A stretch of DNA of 64,000 bases from Macrostomum lignano. Taxonomy: Eukaryota. Location of the stretch: contig NIVC01001542.1 of the NCBI GenBank assembly GCA_002269645.1, positions 1-64,000 of the forward strand. The letters are read 5' to 3'. A program made the translations under genes and the position numbers. The notes under the pieces are model-generated. The model saw nothing but the letters and a program-made list of their open reading frames with translations. It did no database searches and was not told where the DNA came from. This document shows, one piece after another, positions 12,501-24,478 of this stretch. Each line of letters starts with the position of its first letter. Within the stretch, counting starts at the first letter, position 1.

Positions 12501-13801
12501 ATTTTAGTAGTTAATTAATACTTCCGGTTGGTATATTTTAGTAGTTAATTAATACTTCCGGTTGGTATATTTCAGTAGCTAATTAATACTTCCGGTTGGT
12601 ATATTTTAGTAGTTAATTAATACTTCCGGTTGGTATATTTCAGTAGCTAATTAATACTTCCGGTTGGTATATTTAAGTAGTTAATTAATACTTCCGGTTG
12701 GTATATTTTAGTAGTTAATTATTACTTCCGGTTGGTATATTTCAGTAGTTAATTAATACTTCCGGTTGGTATATTTTAGTAGTTAATTAATACTTCCGGT
12801 TGGTATATTTTAGTAGTTAATTAATACTTCCGGGTTGTATATTTAAGTAGTTATTTAATACTTCCGGTTGGTATATTTTAGTAGTTAATTAATACTTCCG
12901 GTTGGTATATTTCAGTAGTTAATTAATACTTCCGGTTGGTATATTTCAGTAGTTAATTAATACTTCCGGTTGGTATATTTTAGTAGTTAATTAATACTTC
13001 CGGTTGGTATATTTTAGTAGTTAATTAATACTTCCGGTTGGTATATTTCAGTAGCTAATTAATACTTCCGGTTGGTATATTTCAGTAGTTAATTAATACT
13101 TCCGGTTGGTATATTTCAGTAGTTAATTAATACTTCCGGTTGGTATATTTTAGTAGCTAATTAATACTTCCGGTTGGTATATTTCAGTAGCTAATTAATA
13201 CTTCCGGTTGGTATATTTCAGTAGTTAATTAATACTTCCGGTTGGTATATTTCAGTAGTTAATTAATACTTCCGGTTGGTATATTTTAGTAGTTAATTAA
13301 TACTTCCGGTTGGTATATTTCAGTAGTTAATTAATACTTCCGGTTGGTATATTTCAGTAGTTAATTAATACTTCCGGTTGGTATATTTCAGTAGTTAATT
13401 AATACTTTAGGTCGGTATATTCAACTAGTTAGTTGATAATTCGATAGCAGAAAACGTTTACAAAATTTTCGACCGTGTTTTGTTAAAATTTAAACTTTCA
13501 ACCGCTCCATTAGGTTTGCCTCTCGGTATGCGCAATGGACTCAGACGAAGCCTGCTCACTCGTCAACATATTCAATATCTCGGCGGACCGAGGCCTCACA
13601 GTCGGCGACGCCATGGCGATCCCGGAGCCCACGCTAAGCAGGTTGGATTTCGCTGACAGCGAGACGGGCCGGAAGTTCCAGTTCCCAATAGTGCGGGTGC
13701 CCTCGCCAGACTGCCTGGTGGTGAATGGCAAGAAGGCCAAGGCCAGTGCATGGCGCAGCGCCACCGTGTTCTCATCCCAGGTGTCCAGCTCGTCCACCTG
13801 A
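9554..13801 (+). CDS. TTC5: Tetratricopeptide repeat protein 5 (TTC5/STRAP) orthologue, ~447 aa; exons 9554-10081, 10762-11010, 11492-11767, 13514-13801
   Basis: All introns GT-AG and phase 0. Motifs AAKLKPDQPEAWRLLGETYWKRRD, LRNLSMVLR, QMDIK|DGRSWAVLGNAYLS, DPDLHYN, LDPSWP, GDAMAIPEP and VRVPSPDCLVVNGK match recalled human TTC5 (EAWNQLGEVYWKKGD, QMDVHDGRSWYILGNSYLS, GDSVAIPEP, LVVNGK). The initiator Met lies upstream of the 9553 acceptor. Confidence 0.93.
10146..10530 (-). mobile_element. Interspersed repeat family 2 (probable tRNA-derived SINE) in TTC5 intron 1
   Basis: Shares acacaggagtgtacag, atttatcgttag.catgtacacttcac and tttagccccaaat..atg..actgcacttggaatcgagcctgggcc with 29270-29550; the minus strand has a B-box-like GGCTCGATTCC near its 5' end. 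Confidence 0.6.
11097..11331 (-). mobile_element. tRNA-headed SINE family 1 (CORE-like body) in TTC5 intron 2
   Basis: Minus strand has A-box TAGCCTTGTGG, B-box GGTTCGAATCC, then GCATTGCTTCAGTTCACCCAGTTGTAAAATGGGT; homologous to four other copies in the window. Confidence 0.8.
11872..13410. repeat. 34-bp intronic minisatellite (tacttccggttggtatattttagtagttaattaa), ~45 copies
   Basis: Fills most of TTC5 intron 3; highly homogeneous units. Confidence 0.95.
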
Positions 13802-13942
13802 GCTCGGCTTGGACTGTCCGCAGGCGGGGGAAGTTCTTGCCAATTGGCTGCAAGAATGAATCGATTGATTGTCCTGTGAATTCTAAATCCCAATGTCCTC
13901 AGATTTCCGGCCTTCTCCCAGTTCCACAACACTTAAAGCCTC

Positions 13943-14170
13943 ATCATCACTCCTAGCCTCATCACTCCAGCCTCATCATTCCCAGACTCCCAGTCTCATC
14001 ACTCCCAGAAATCCAGCCTCATCACTGCCAGGCCTCCAGCCTCATCAACCCTGACTCATTATTTCCAGCCTCATCAATCCCAGACTCATCCTCCCAACCG
14101 CAACTCCCAGCCTCATCACTCCCAGCTTTATCAACCCAGCCTCATCACTCCCAGCCTTATCACTGCCAGC
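13943..14170. repeat. Degenerate ~15-bp repeat (cctcatcactcccag)
   Basis: Repeated cctcatcac/tcccag motifs just 3' of TTC5. Confidence 0.7.
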
Positions 14171-14848
14171 ACAATCGCTTTATTCGATTGATAGTAAATT
14201 CCAGAAAACCAGTTTTTAATACTTGTCACCGCCCTATAAAATCTCTCGATAATTCCCAGTTAGCATGCTATTGCTGCATGCAAGCACTTGAGCCACTGGA
14301 ATTTTTATTCCTTTTGCAGAAACTTGCAGAAATCTCAACTTTCCATTGTGTATTGCCTGATTAACTTTACTACGAGCTAGAACTTCGTCACCCACTTACT
14401 CTGCACTTTGTTGCTTATGCTTATCTTGTATCGTATTTTCTCGTTTTGCTTTTGCTCTAAGCTGAGCTTATACAATACATGCCTTGTGGCAGTCATGCTA
14501 TTTTTGCTTTTCCATTTTCATATTTTTACCGTCCAGTTGTACGCACAGCGTGAATATTTATCTTTGTTATTTGCCCTGTTTGCTGTCTTGTTTAATTTTG
14601 TTACTATAACAGAAACGTTATCACTTGCCCTGTGTGATGATTTGCAACTCGCTTGACTTTCTAGTTTTTTCATGTGCGTCATCAAAAATTTGCTGTTCCT
14701 GAAAGCCAACATTGCATGCTGGGCATAGATGTTTAGCCTTATTCATTACCTTTTGCTTGTATTTATTTAGGTAGTAAATAAAAGAGTTTGTTTCGATTTC
14801 TATTTGATGTGAATGCATTAGACTAGCGCACAAGTATTTTTTTCATTT

Positions 14849-14944
14849 GGATCCTTTAGTAACCAGATTAGCTAGTTGAAGCTAGAAGTTCAGTTAGGAT
14901 CCTTTAGTAACCAGATTAGCTAGTTGAAGCTAGAAGTTCAGTTA
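14849..14944. repeat. Perfect 48-bp tandem duplication
   Basis: ggatcctttagtaaccagattagctagttgaagctagaagttcagtta at 14849 and 14897. Confidence 0.9.
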
Positions 14945-15651
14945 GTTTAGAAATCTACGAAGAAGTTAAACTAAGACATAATTTATAGCTACCTACCATT
15001 TGAAGCAGCCGTCAAATTGACTCTTCTCTTCTACTCGTCCATGTTGACAACCCGTTATTGTAGCCAAATATACCCGGTAGATAATAAATAAAAACCATCT
15101 GGAAGCTTTCAGATCCTCAAAATACTCTCTGAGTATTATTTTAGGTATTACTCCTATTAGTATGTCTTTCATTAGGTAAAATTTATTTGTGTCCTACTAA
15201 TTTTTAAATCAAGGACCACTAGAAGTACATCAATCAGGACGCTGCAGTCAAAGATGGTATAATTTTTGGAGGCTGATTTCCGTAAAAAAATGCACTGCGG
15301 AGATTAGAAAAAATCAACTCTATTTTATATAGTTGTGCAGTGAAAGTTTTGTTTTTACATTTTTTATAAGCCCGAAGTTGTTAATACTCACAAGTTGAAT
15401 TACGAGCGTAGTTACATAAAATACACCAGAGCAACATGCTGTTCATGCTAAATTAAAAGAATGCTAATCTTCACTAATCCAGATCAAATGCAATCATTGA
15501 TTTTGTAATGAGCCTTCAAAAGAATTACACGATCTTTGACTGTAGCGTCCTGATTTACTGCTAGTGGTCCTTGATTCAAATCAGAACTTTACCGAAAGCG
15601 AACCCATCCAACCTGCTCTCTTTACAGAAGACTTGCATTTTTTTGAGAAAC

Positions 15652-16920
15652 ATGGACGGTCAAAGCAGCAATGCGACTTCCGCCGGTACAGGACAACTCG
15701 AAGCGGCGTCAACTTTGAGTGAACGTCAGCGAGACCAGATCCAGCATATTAGTCGGTATAGAGATGTGCTTCTTCTAAGACTTGAATCCATGCAGATAAA
15801 CCAGGCTGGCCAGCCGCTCAGTCTTCGGCATTTAAGCAACGTAGTTGACTGGCCAGAGTATTACGTTCGAGTCCAGACTGGCTCTAGTAAAGTAGACGAG
15901 TTGATTGCAGATTTAGATACGTTTTTCGGCGCCAGTCTGGCTCAGCTGAATCAGGTGCGCGATGAGGCCAGACAGAAGCTGGCAAGATTTTTTCCGAGCT
16001 CAGTGGAAGCGGAGCAGCTTGAGTTGCGCATGTTCCAGCGTCTAAGATCTTGTCAGGAGGCCAACGAGTCGAATTTCGAAGAAATCTATCAATTTGCAAT
16101 GGTCGCTCTGTGCTCATTTCTGCACTGGCTGCAGCCGTCGCCTTGGGAGCGTCGGCAGCAACTTAGCAAACGAATGCACTGGCTTCACGAGCAGTACCAG
16201 GACACCATCAAGCAGCGCATTGACGCAGAGTATCGAAGTAATCCTTTCTATGCTCAGACGCTTCAGAGGTTGTGCCTTGTGTTGAAAGCGCCGGATTCTT
16301 TCTTGGAGAAGCGCTCATACTCCGAGGGCATTGTCGGACCGGTTGATCGTCTGGAAGCGTTTCTGCAAAACTTCTCCAATCAGACGGCTGAGCAGCGCCT
16401 TAAAGACCAGCTGATCTGTCGGATGCGGATTTTCCATCGGCAGCACGGAGATTACATCAGAAAGCGCATGGAAACTAGCAGTATTAGCCCGGTCGTCTTG
16501 GACAAGCTTCGTAAAATGCTCGCCGACTTTGAATCACCCGAGTCATTTTTCCTGCATTATAAAGACGATTTGGAAGCCATGCAAAAATTGCTGGATCGAT
16601 CCGAGTCCACTCTTGAAGCCGTATTGCCGGACAAATTGCATCCGAGCTTGCGCAAAGTCCGCACAGAGGCTCGCGCGAAATTGGCGCAATTGTATCGGAG
16701 TCCCGCACTTGGTGACTACTATGTAGACCTGCTGCTGAAGCTGTACCCGAAACCAGAGAAGCTGGAGACTCACCTGTACAACCGGTGTCGAAGGGTTACA
16801 TCGGACAGTGCCGAGCTGGTTTTATACGAGCGATACATAAAGAATCTACTGATTGTGCTCAACGGTCGCTGGCATGAGAGCCTGTTAAGACCGTTTCTAA
16901 TCGAAGAACGCGAGCTTTAG
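15652..16920 (+). CDS. MED15-derived shuffled protein (middle-domain/KIX/middle/middle/KIX), ~422 aa, single coding exon
   Basis: 449-codon ORF with ATG at 15652 after acceptor ctctttacag. Segments LSERQRDQIQHI, ERRQQLSKRMHWLHEQY and EQRLKDQLICRMRIFHRQH resemble NERQQVQVQRMRQLHQQH of the 26203 gene; RTEARAKLAQLYRSPALG matches the KIX repeat RVETRRKLANLYRSPAPG. Confidence 0.8.
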   Translation: MDGQSSNATSAGTGQLEAASTLSERQRDQIQHISRYRDVLLLRLESMQINQAGQPLSLRHLSNVVDWPEYYVRVQTGSSKVDELIADLDTFFGASLAQLNQVRDEARQKLARFFPSSVEAEQLELRMFQRLRSCQEANESNFEEIYQFAMVALCSFLHWLQPSPWERRQQLSKRMHWLHEQYQDTIKQRIDAEYRSNPFYAQTLQRLCLVLKAPDSFLEKRSYSEGIVGPVDRLEAFLQNFSNQTAEQRLKDQLICRMRIFHRQHGDYIRKRMETSSISPVVLDKLRKMLADFESPESFFLHYKDDLEAMQKLLDRSESTLEAVLPDKLHPSLRKVRTEARAKLAQLYRSPALGDYYVDLLLKLYPKPEKLETHLYNRCRRVTSDSAELVLYERYIKNLLIVLNGRWHESLLRPFLIEEREL

Positions 16921-17011
16921 TATCGTAGCTACGCTCGTAGTTTGCGCGACTTTTTGGTGATTGGGTTTCTTAGGCCTAATGGAGAGATGTGCAACAGCTC
17001 AGGCGTAGGTT

Positions 17012-17237
17012 TAGTGCGACGCATCTGAAGGCTGTTTACGGCTGTTCAGTCAAAGGACCGGGATAGGGGGTCGCCGCACACACCCTCAATTACCTCAGCT
17101 AATGCTGCTGGCACCCATTTTACAGCTGGTTGAACAATGCAGAGTTAAGTGTCATGCTTGTTTCAAGTCGGTCAAGAATCGAACCCCCGACTTTTTAGTC
17201 GTGAGTCCGACGTTCTAACCACTAGGCTACAACCCCC
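17012..17237 (-). mobile_element. SINE family 1 copy
   Basis: Minus strand GGGGGTTGTAGCCTAGTGGTTAG...GGGGGTTCGATTC head, CCAGCTGTAAAATGGGTGCCAGC body and shared 3' body. Confidence 0.8.
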
Positions 17238-17830
17238 AATTGATAATATATATATAATACCTGAACACTATTCGAATACATGTATATTGAAATCTACTGA
17301 TCTTGTAGGTCATTGTTATAAAATAAGATTTTATCTTGATTCTGGGATTTTGATCGTTTTGCACGCCGATAGCTGAACACGTCTGCGAAGTGTTATTTGT
17401 GCTCACCACAAAACGTACTCGTTGTCGAAGTCTGCTAAAACTGGCAATTGAAGTTACGCAAAGAACCCAGCTTCTAATCTGCGGGGTCTATCAGTGTGCA
17501 TTTCTACTGTAGGTGTAAAACTCTGTTGCCTTTGATTGCTTTTATTGCATTCATTTATCTGCTTTTATTCGAAACTAAGTACGAAATTTTGACTGGCGCT
17601 CAGACTTTATAAATCAGTAAAGCAAAGTTTTTTCAGTTTCCGCATTTCAACACTGCCGCTCAAGTTTAACGTTTGTATGCAATTTTGTAGTTTTCAGAAA
17701 ATACAAAAATGACTAAACTTGTTTGCTCTTATCTTTGATAATTTTTCTTGTTTTTCTTTAAATTGATTTCAAACCAACATACTAGGATAGAAAAATGGAA
17801 GTGCTAGACTGCTCTACATTTCTTAAATAG
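17012..17830 (+). repeat. Segmental duplicate A (3' flank of the 15652 gene)
   Basis: SINE plus ~600 bp colinear with 21360-22240 (e.g. tattcgaat, gatct.gtaggtcattgtt.taaaata, ttcatttatctgcttttatt, gctcaagtttaac). Confidence 0.85.
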
Positions 17831-18017
17831 AAAGATACAGTCAGTTAATAAAATTATTATTTTAAAACTTCGAAAGCGAACTATACCAACGACGTTTTTA
17901 GCTATATGAAAATATAAAAAAATTGTTATGTAATCCTGGGTCCAAACCTAGGAATATATAGATCGTATATTCACTACATAGGCCACTATATTTACTACTT
18001 GGGCGCGTCAATAGAGT

Positions 18018-18948
18018 CCTAGGGGTGTTTGGGGTTAGGTCGGGGTTCGTGGTCGAGATTAGGGGTCGGGGTTCGGGGTCCCGATGAATGTTCGGGATGG
18101 GGTTCGGGGTTCCCGATAAATGTTCGGGATCGGGGTTCGGGACGGGATTTTGGACCGGGATTTCGGGGTTTTCGGGGTTTCGCAACTTTTCTGAATTCCC
18201 ATAGAACTACGAAAAAATCCTTATGAATTAGCTTTTTTCGTTTTTATCGTGATCGCTTAAGGCTTACGACGCTTAAATCCAAAGCTTTATTTAATGCTTT
18301 TCTGTGGTCGTAAGTTTCGTTAATAACATTTATAAATACGCGCTCTTTCAAATACTATATTGCAAAACTCGTACGATCGTACTTAAATAACTTTTGCATA
18401 AATATTGCCTTCTATTCTGAATTACTCTTAAATACACTGAAATATATTGGCCAAACAGGCTTCTTGCCTGAGCCAAACTTACTACTACTACTGTGCACGT
18501 GAATATTCCAATACATACTTTACATGACTGACTTAGCTTTTGACACGTGCCGTGCCGTCCATAAACTGCGATGATTATCAAGTCAAAAATATTTTTTCAA
18601 CTTATGGTATAGTATTAGTACTATTAGTACTATTATTTTTCTATAATTAAGTTTATATGTTTTTAAGGTATTGTTTCTTAGAAAAAGATTTAGAATCTTA
18701 AGAATTTTAAGAATCATAGAAATGTTTGAATTTATAGACTTATTCTTCAATAGAGGGTCATATCTCTATTAAGTAACAGGTTTATAAAATAAAATCCCCC
18801 AATAATGTCCCCAGGTCCTAGATAGATGATCCGATGAGGTTATCGGGGTCGGGATTAGGGTTCAGGACGGGGTTCGGGGTTCCCGATAAATGTTCGGGAT
18901 CGGGGTTAACCCGGAACCCCGAAAAAAACGCCGTCCCGAACATCCCTA
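18018..18948. mobile_element. Probable hAT-like non-autonomous element with GGGGTTCGGG subterminal repeats
   Basis: Termini taggggtgtttggg and cccgaacatcccta are imperfect TIRs; cggggttcggggttcccgataaatgttcgggatcgggg occurs near both ends. No clean TSD found. Confidence 0.5.
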
Positions 18949-19069
18949 CAATAGACCCATGTATTTCTTGAAAATTTTAGCGACCACCGTCTACTTAGAT
19001 ATAGTTTAAGTTCAGTAGTTTGAGCGATAAGTGCGTACATTATTGTGCTATAATTTTCCAATCCACATG

Positions 19070-19250
19070 TACTCAGCAACATTGAAAATTCGCCACTCTA
19101 TGCAACACCAGTGAGCAATTTCTCTTGGACTGTTGTGAAATAAAAGATACGAGAAAACTAATCGGGGTAGCTTTAATCCGTCCGACAAGTTGCGTCACTA
19201 GCAAAGAATTGAGAGACTTTACCTGCACTCTCAAAAGTTTTCGATTTTTC
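19070..19250 (-). mobile_element. Partial copy of the ACTCAGCAACAT MITE
   Basis: Reverse-complement homology to 30243-30530 (cgtatct.ttatttca, gagagactttacctgcactctcaaaag). Confidence 0.7.
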
Positions 19251-20170
19251 GTTATTCTTTTACGCCTAAAAACCATTAAAATGGCACGACTCAGCTCATT
19301 GGTTTTATGATTATATTTTATCATATTAGCTGACTGTGTAACAGAGATGATAAAATAGATTCAAAAAACCAAAGGTTCAAGCTGTGCCATGCATTTTTAA
19401 TGACTTTTAGATACAGGAAATGCACGTAAAATCGAAAAACTATTTAGAATCCTAATTTTCTGAGAGAAAGCTTTATAAATATCAATAGAGCTATAACAAA
19501 GGCACAACATATCAAAATATAAACATTGGGTCTGCCTCCTATCGAAAGCAAAAAAAAATTTGTGTTCAAAAATAAAGACTTCCTTTTTTCGTAGGGTATT
19601 TTTCGGTGAACAGTGGCCTTCAAAACGTTTTTAATAGATTTCGAGTGTTGCGTCCTTCTACTTTAGTATGGTCTACTTAACATGGTTGTTGCAGTCTCAC
19701 GCAGAAACTGCGCGAGTTCAAACCCAATTGCGTCATTCCAAAGAAGCCTCTATGTTCCTTTCGCTCCTCGACACTCAAAATATAGATTTTTTGGACTAAA
19801 CTTGTACACACGAAGCCTTGAATGCCCTAGATATGTGCAAGTTTAGTCTATAAAAATCTATGAGAATTATTTTGAGTTTCGCTTCCTGATGAGCTAAAGG
19901 CTTCCTTAGCTTGCTTTTCAAGTTTTCGTTAATATAAGTCCAATTTTCGTAACTTTTTTGTCAAACCCTGCTTGCTAGTGTCATTGTGAGCAGAATGACA
20001 CATCATTTGTGTACATAGGTTACTCGGGCTCCACTTTATGAGCTCAAGTTGACAGGCCCTTTGGTTAAAGTAGTTCAGAAGCTGGATCCATTTATGCTAA
20101 TTCATATCGAAAGTTATCAAATTAAGTTTAAAAACCATCTTCATGCGCTACCGCGGCTTCAGAGAGTAAA

Positions 20171-21249
20171 ATGGATAACCAAAACCGTGCCCTACGATAC
20201 GTCATTGTGCCGCCACCGCAGCAGCTGCGTGCTGAGACTCGATGCAAGCTGGCTAATCTGTACCGCAGCCCTGCACCTGGAAACCAGGTAGCTCAGCTGC
20301 TGGACCGCTATCCACCGCTGAACAACTTGAAGATTCCATTTTCAGGCATTGTCAGGCTCAGCAGCGGAGTGGTGGCGTCAGCTTTGATCAGCACCAGTAC
20401 CTGAGCCTTGTGTCCAAGGTGGAAGACGCGCTGACGGGTCGCCTGTCGCATCAGCGACAGCAGCTGCGTGCTGAGACACGACGCAAATTGGCTAATCTGT
20501 ACCGCAGCCCCGCACAGGGACACCATGTAACCGAGCTGCTGAACCGCTGTCCCACCGCTGAACAGCTAGAAGATTGCCTTTTCAGGTATTGTCATTCTCG
20601 CCAACAAAATGGTGGTGTCAGCTTTGATAAGCAGAAGTACCTGCACGCTGTGTCCACTATGGAAGGCGTACTGACCGGTCGCCTGCCGCTTAAGCCACAA
20701 CAGCTGCAGCAGATGCGTGTTGAGACTCGGCGCAAATTTGCTAATCTGTACCGCAGCCCTGCACCTGGAAATCTGGTAGCCGATCTGCTGAGACAATATC
20801 CTACTGTTGAGCAGCTGGAGGATTTGGCTTTCAGGCGTAGTCAGGTGCAACAGCAGAGAAGTCGCGCCAGCTTTGATCAGCAGTACCTGAGCATTGTGTC
20901 CAAGCTGGAAGACTTACTGACAGGTCGCCTGCCGCCGGCGCAAGAGCAAAAGCTGGAGCAGATGCTGCAGCAACAGCAGCAGCGGGAGCAGCAGCTGCGT
21001 GTTGAGACTCGACGCAAGCTGGCTAATCTGTACCGCAGCCCTACACCTGGAAACCTGGTAGCCCAGCTGCTGAGCCGCTATCCCACCGCTGAACAACTTG
21101 AAGATTTCGTTTTCAGGCGTAGTCAGGCGCACCAGCGGAGTGGTGGCGCCAGCTTTGACCAGCAGTACCTGAGCCTTGTGTCCAACCTGGAAGGCATACT
21201 GACGGGTCGCATGCTAAGCCTGCTTCCATTCGATGAACGCGAGATTTAA
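20171..21249 (+). CDS. Tetra-KIX protein derived from the MED15 N-terminus (~359 aa if one missing C at ~20312 is restored); possible pseudogene or assembly error
   Basis: Four ~75-aa repeats QQLR.ETRRKLANLYRSP.PG...YPT.EQLED..FR......SFDQQYLS.VS.LE..LTGR. Repeat 1 reads tatccaccgct where repeats 3-4 and the 26203 gene read tatcc[ct]ac; adding one C joins ORFs 20171-20404 and 20410-21249. Confidence 0.8.
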
Positions 21250-21359
21250 TATCGCATCTAGTTCGTGCCACATGTAACTAATTGTTTGTCCGATATATAA
21301 GCATTATTTAGTGTAATAATAAGTAATAATTTACTACAACTGGCCTAATAGGAAAACCC

Positions 21360-22240
21360 ACTATGGCGTATCGGAAAGCTGCGTACGGCTGTTCGGTCAA
21401 AAGACTGGAGTTGCCACACGTTCCAAGTAGGTCGAGAAACGAACCCCCCCTACCTTTTAGTCGTGCTCCGATGCTCTAACCACTGGTTTTAATAGAACCC
21501 CCAATTTGTTATATATGAAGGACCTGAATATTATTCGAATGCATATTTGAATCTAGTGATCTCGTAGGTCATTGTTTTAAAATATGATTTTAGTCGTATT
21601 GCACGCTAGTTGCTAAACGCGTCTGCCCAAAGTGTTATGTATGCTGACCAAAAAATGTACTCGTTGCCGTATTTATCCCTGCCTGCCGAAGCCTGCTGAA
21701 ACAGGCAATTGAAATTGCGCAAAGAACCCAAAGTAGCTACTATCTAAAACAGTAGCAACTTGCGCCCATATGCGGTCTATCAATGTGCATTTTTACTAAT
21801 GGTGTAAAACCCGTTAAGAACGTTACCATGGCAAGAATCGCTAAAGAGTCATTGTAAACAACTCTCTAGTGAGTCTAGCGACTCTGGTGCAACTATTATG
21901 ACTTTTTAACGACTCATGCGACGGAGAGGCGACTGTTGCGTCACAAGCGCGTCACGTGAGTTGCAGAATCGTGAAACAGTCGTTCTATTGTATTCATTTA
22001 TCTGCTTTTATTAAGTACGAAACTGGCTGGCGCTCCGAATTTTTAAATCAGTGACGCAAAACTGTCGCAGTCGGTAGTTTTTTTCAGTTTGCGCATTTCA
22101 ACAATTAACTACTGCTCAAGTTTAACAACTTTTGTATGCAATTTTGCCGTTTTATCCAGAAAGTAGATACGAAAAGGACTGAATTTGTTTGTTCCATCTT
22201 TGGTAATTTTATTGGTCTTTTCTTAATTTATTTCAAACCA
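21360..22240 (+). repeat. Segmental duplicate B (3' flank of tetra-KIX gene) with internally deleted SINE1 copy at 21360-21503
   Basis: Colinear with 17012-17830, with an extra insertion at ~21810-21985. Confidence 0.85.
21810..21985 (-). mobile_element. Fragment of the GAGTC/GACTC-rich element
   Basis: cccgttaagaacg...gaatcgct...gtcattg.aaacaact.tcta.tga.tc.agcgactct matches the reverse complement of 44250-44368; absent from the paralogous position in duplicate A. Confidence 0.7.
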
Positions 22241-23319
22241 ACAGGAAAACACTACGAGACTGACTTGAAGCCAAAAGCTACGTTATAATTCTCGACTCTT
22301 ATTTTCGTTACCTCTTATACTTTTACGTTGACCATACACAATATTTCTATGGCTAACTGTGCCAGAATCATTTGAAGCGTGCATTCTTCACTTTGGTTGG
22401 TAAAGTTGACTTTTAGCGACACAAATGGACACCTAATGCCAAACGAGCGTAAATCAAGAACAGCTGGCAACAGACCTCGGCAATCACACTAAGAGAGCCA
22501 ACCAGCTAGGGTTCCTCACTGCCGCAAAATCTATAGGCAGTAGCACAAACACGTGCTGGACTATTGACACCCCTGTACTGACTCACTGGGGCGGAGCGGG
22601 GGTAGTGTGGAAAGGCGCGGTTGGAGGATTTCAGCTGCGGGGTAAGAGCCAACAAATGAGCCTTGGTTTTAAAAATGCAATAAAATGCTTCTGTTTAACT
22701 TACTACTGAACTGAAAGTAGCTTACACGCAAATGTGCTGAGTGGCTCATCTAGTTATTCTAGTATCTGGGTTTTTTGTCAGTTGAATGCACGCTTTATTT
22801 GATTCTGGCACAATTATTGCCGGATGGTTAATGTTTTGTCTATGGGCTTGCCAATGTCCAACAAGCATCATAGCTGAGACGCTGACATTCCAGCGTTACT
22901 CCACAGCCCACAGATGGTTGCGAGTAGGCAAGAGCTGTCAGCCTTGCTACATTAAGCAAACGTATCTCGGATTAAATTCAAGGCGCTTAAGCACAAATAG
23001 GCTGCAAAAAGCTATATTAAATACTTAATTATTTATAGGGTACAAGCTGTTGAAACCCGCGGATTTTGAACCCGGGGAATTTCAATCCCTGGAACTATTT
23101 TTGCATGTACTCGTATTCTAAAATCTGAGGTCAAACTCAAACAAAAACTCGTTAATATATAGTTAGGTTAGAATTAAACATAAAATAGAGTACATTTGTG
23201 AAAAATTAGGATTTGAGGCAAACATTTATATTGTTGGCTGGGGTGCTGCGAACAGGCAAACTCTGGCCTCTGCCTCTCCTTATGTCCCTTGGATTCTTAG
23301 AAACTTCGACCTTCTCTTC

Positions 23320-23621
23320 TGTTTCCTCTCCTCTCTCTTGTCTCTGTCTCTTCTCTCTCTCTCTCTCTCTCTCTTCTATCCCCTATTCTCTCGTCTATTC
23401 TCTCTTCCTTCTATTTTTTTATCCCTCCTCTCCTCCCTCCTCTCTACTCTCTCCTCTCTCCTCTCATCTCTTCTCTTCTTTCCTCTCTCCTCTCTCCTCT
23501 CTTCTATTGTCTCTTCCCTCACCTCTCTTCTCTCTTGTCTTTGCTCTCTTATCTATCTCTTCTTTTATCTTTTCTCTCTTCTCTCTTCTCATTCTTTCTG
23601 CATGTTTTCTCCTCTCTCTTT

Positions 23622-23698
<77 letters not shown>

Positions 23699-24416
23699 CT
23701 CTCTGCTCTCTCCTGTCCCATATCTCTTTCTCCTCTAATCTCTCCCCTGTTTCCTCTCCTCTCTCATCCTTTCTCCTCTTTCCCCTGTCCTCTCGGTTTT
23801 CTCTCCTCCCCTCCTCTCTCCTCACTCACTTCTCTCTCCCTTTGTCTCACCTCTCATCTCTTATTTCTATCCTTTTTTTCTTTTCACTCTCCCATCTCTC
23901 GTCTGTTCACTCTCGTCTCTGGTCTCTCATCCCCCTCTCTCATCTGCCATCTTTACTCACTTATACTCGTATGTTTTCTCACCTCTCTTATCTGTACTCT
24001 TCTCTTTCCCCTCTTTTGACTCCTCTCTTTCCTTTCTCCTTTTTCCCTTCTCTTCTCTTCCCTCTTCTATTCTCTCCCTCTCTTGTCTTCTCTCTTCTTT
24101 CTTCACTCTCCTCTCTCCTCTCATATATCGCGTTCACTCTCATCTTTGCTCTCTACCCCCTCTCTCTTCTGTCATCTTTACTCTCCACTCTCCTGTGTAC
24201 TCTTCTCTTTCCCATCTACTGAATCCTCTCTTCTTACTCCTCTTCTCTTCCCTCTTCTATACTCTCTCCCCTCTATTCTCTTCTCTTGTCTCTTTGCACT
24301 CTGCTCTCTCTTCCTTCATCTCTCATCTCTACTCTCTCATCTCCACAATCTCATCTTTCCTCTCTCCTCTTCTTCCCTTTACTCTATCATTTCTCCTTTC
24401 TCCTCTCTTCTTTCTC

Positions 24417-24478
<62 letters not shown>

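Noticed and set aside
6344-13410. CRISPR-like arrays (34-bp and 24-bp units)
   Set aside because: Units are head-to-tail with no unique spacers, no cas genes are present, and the context is eukaryotic and intron-containing.
19690-19740. B-box-like gagttcaaaccc (third SINE or tRNA?)
   Set aside because: No convincing A-box or cloverleaf and no second copy in the window.
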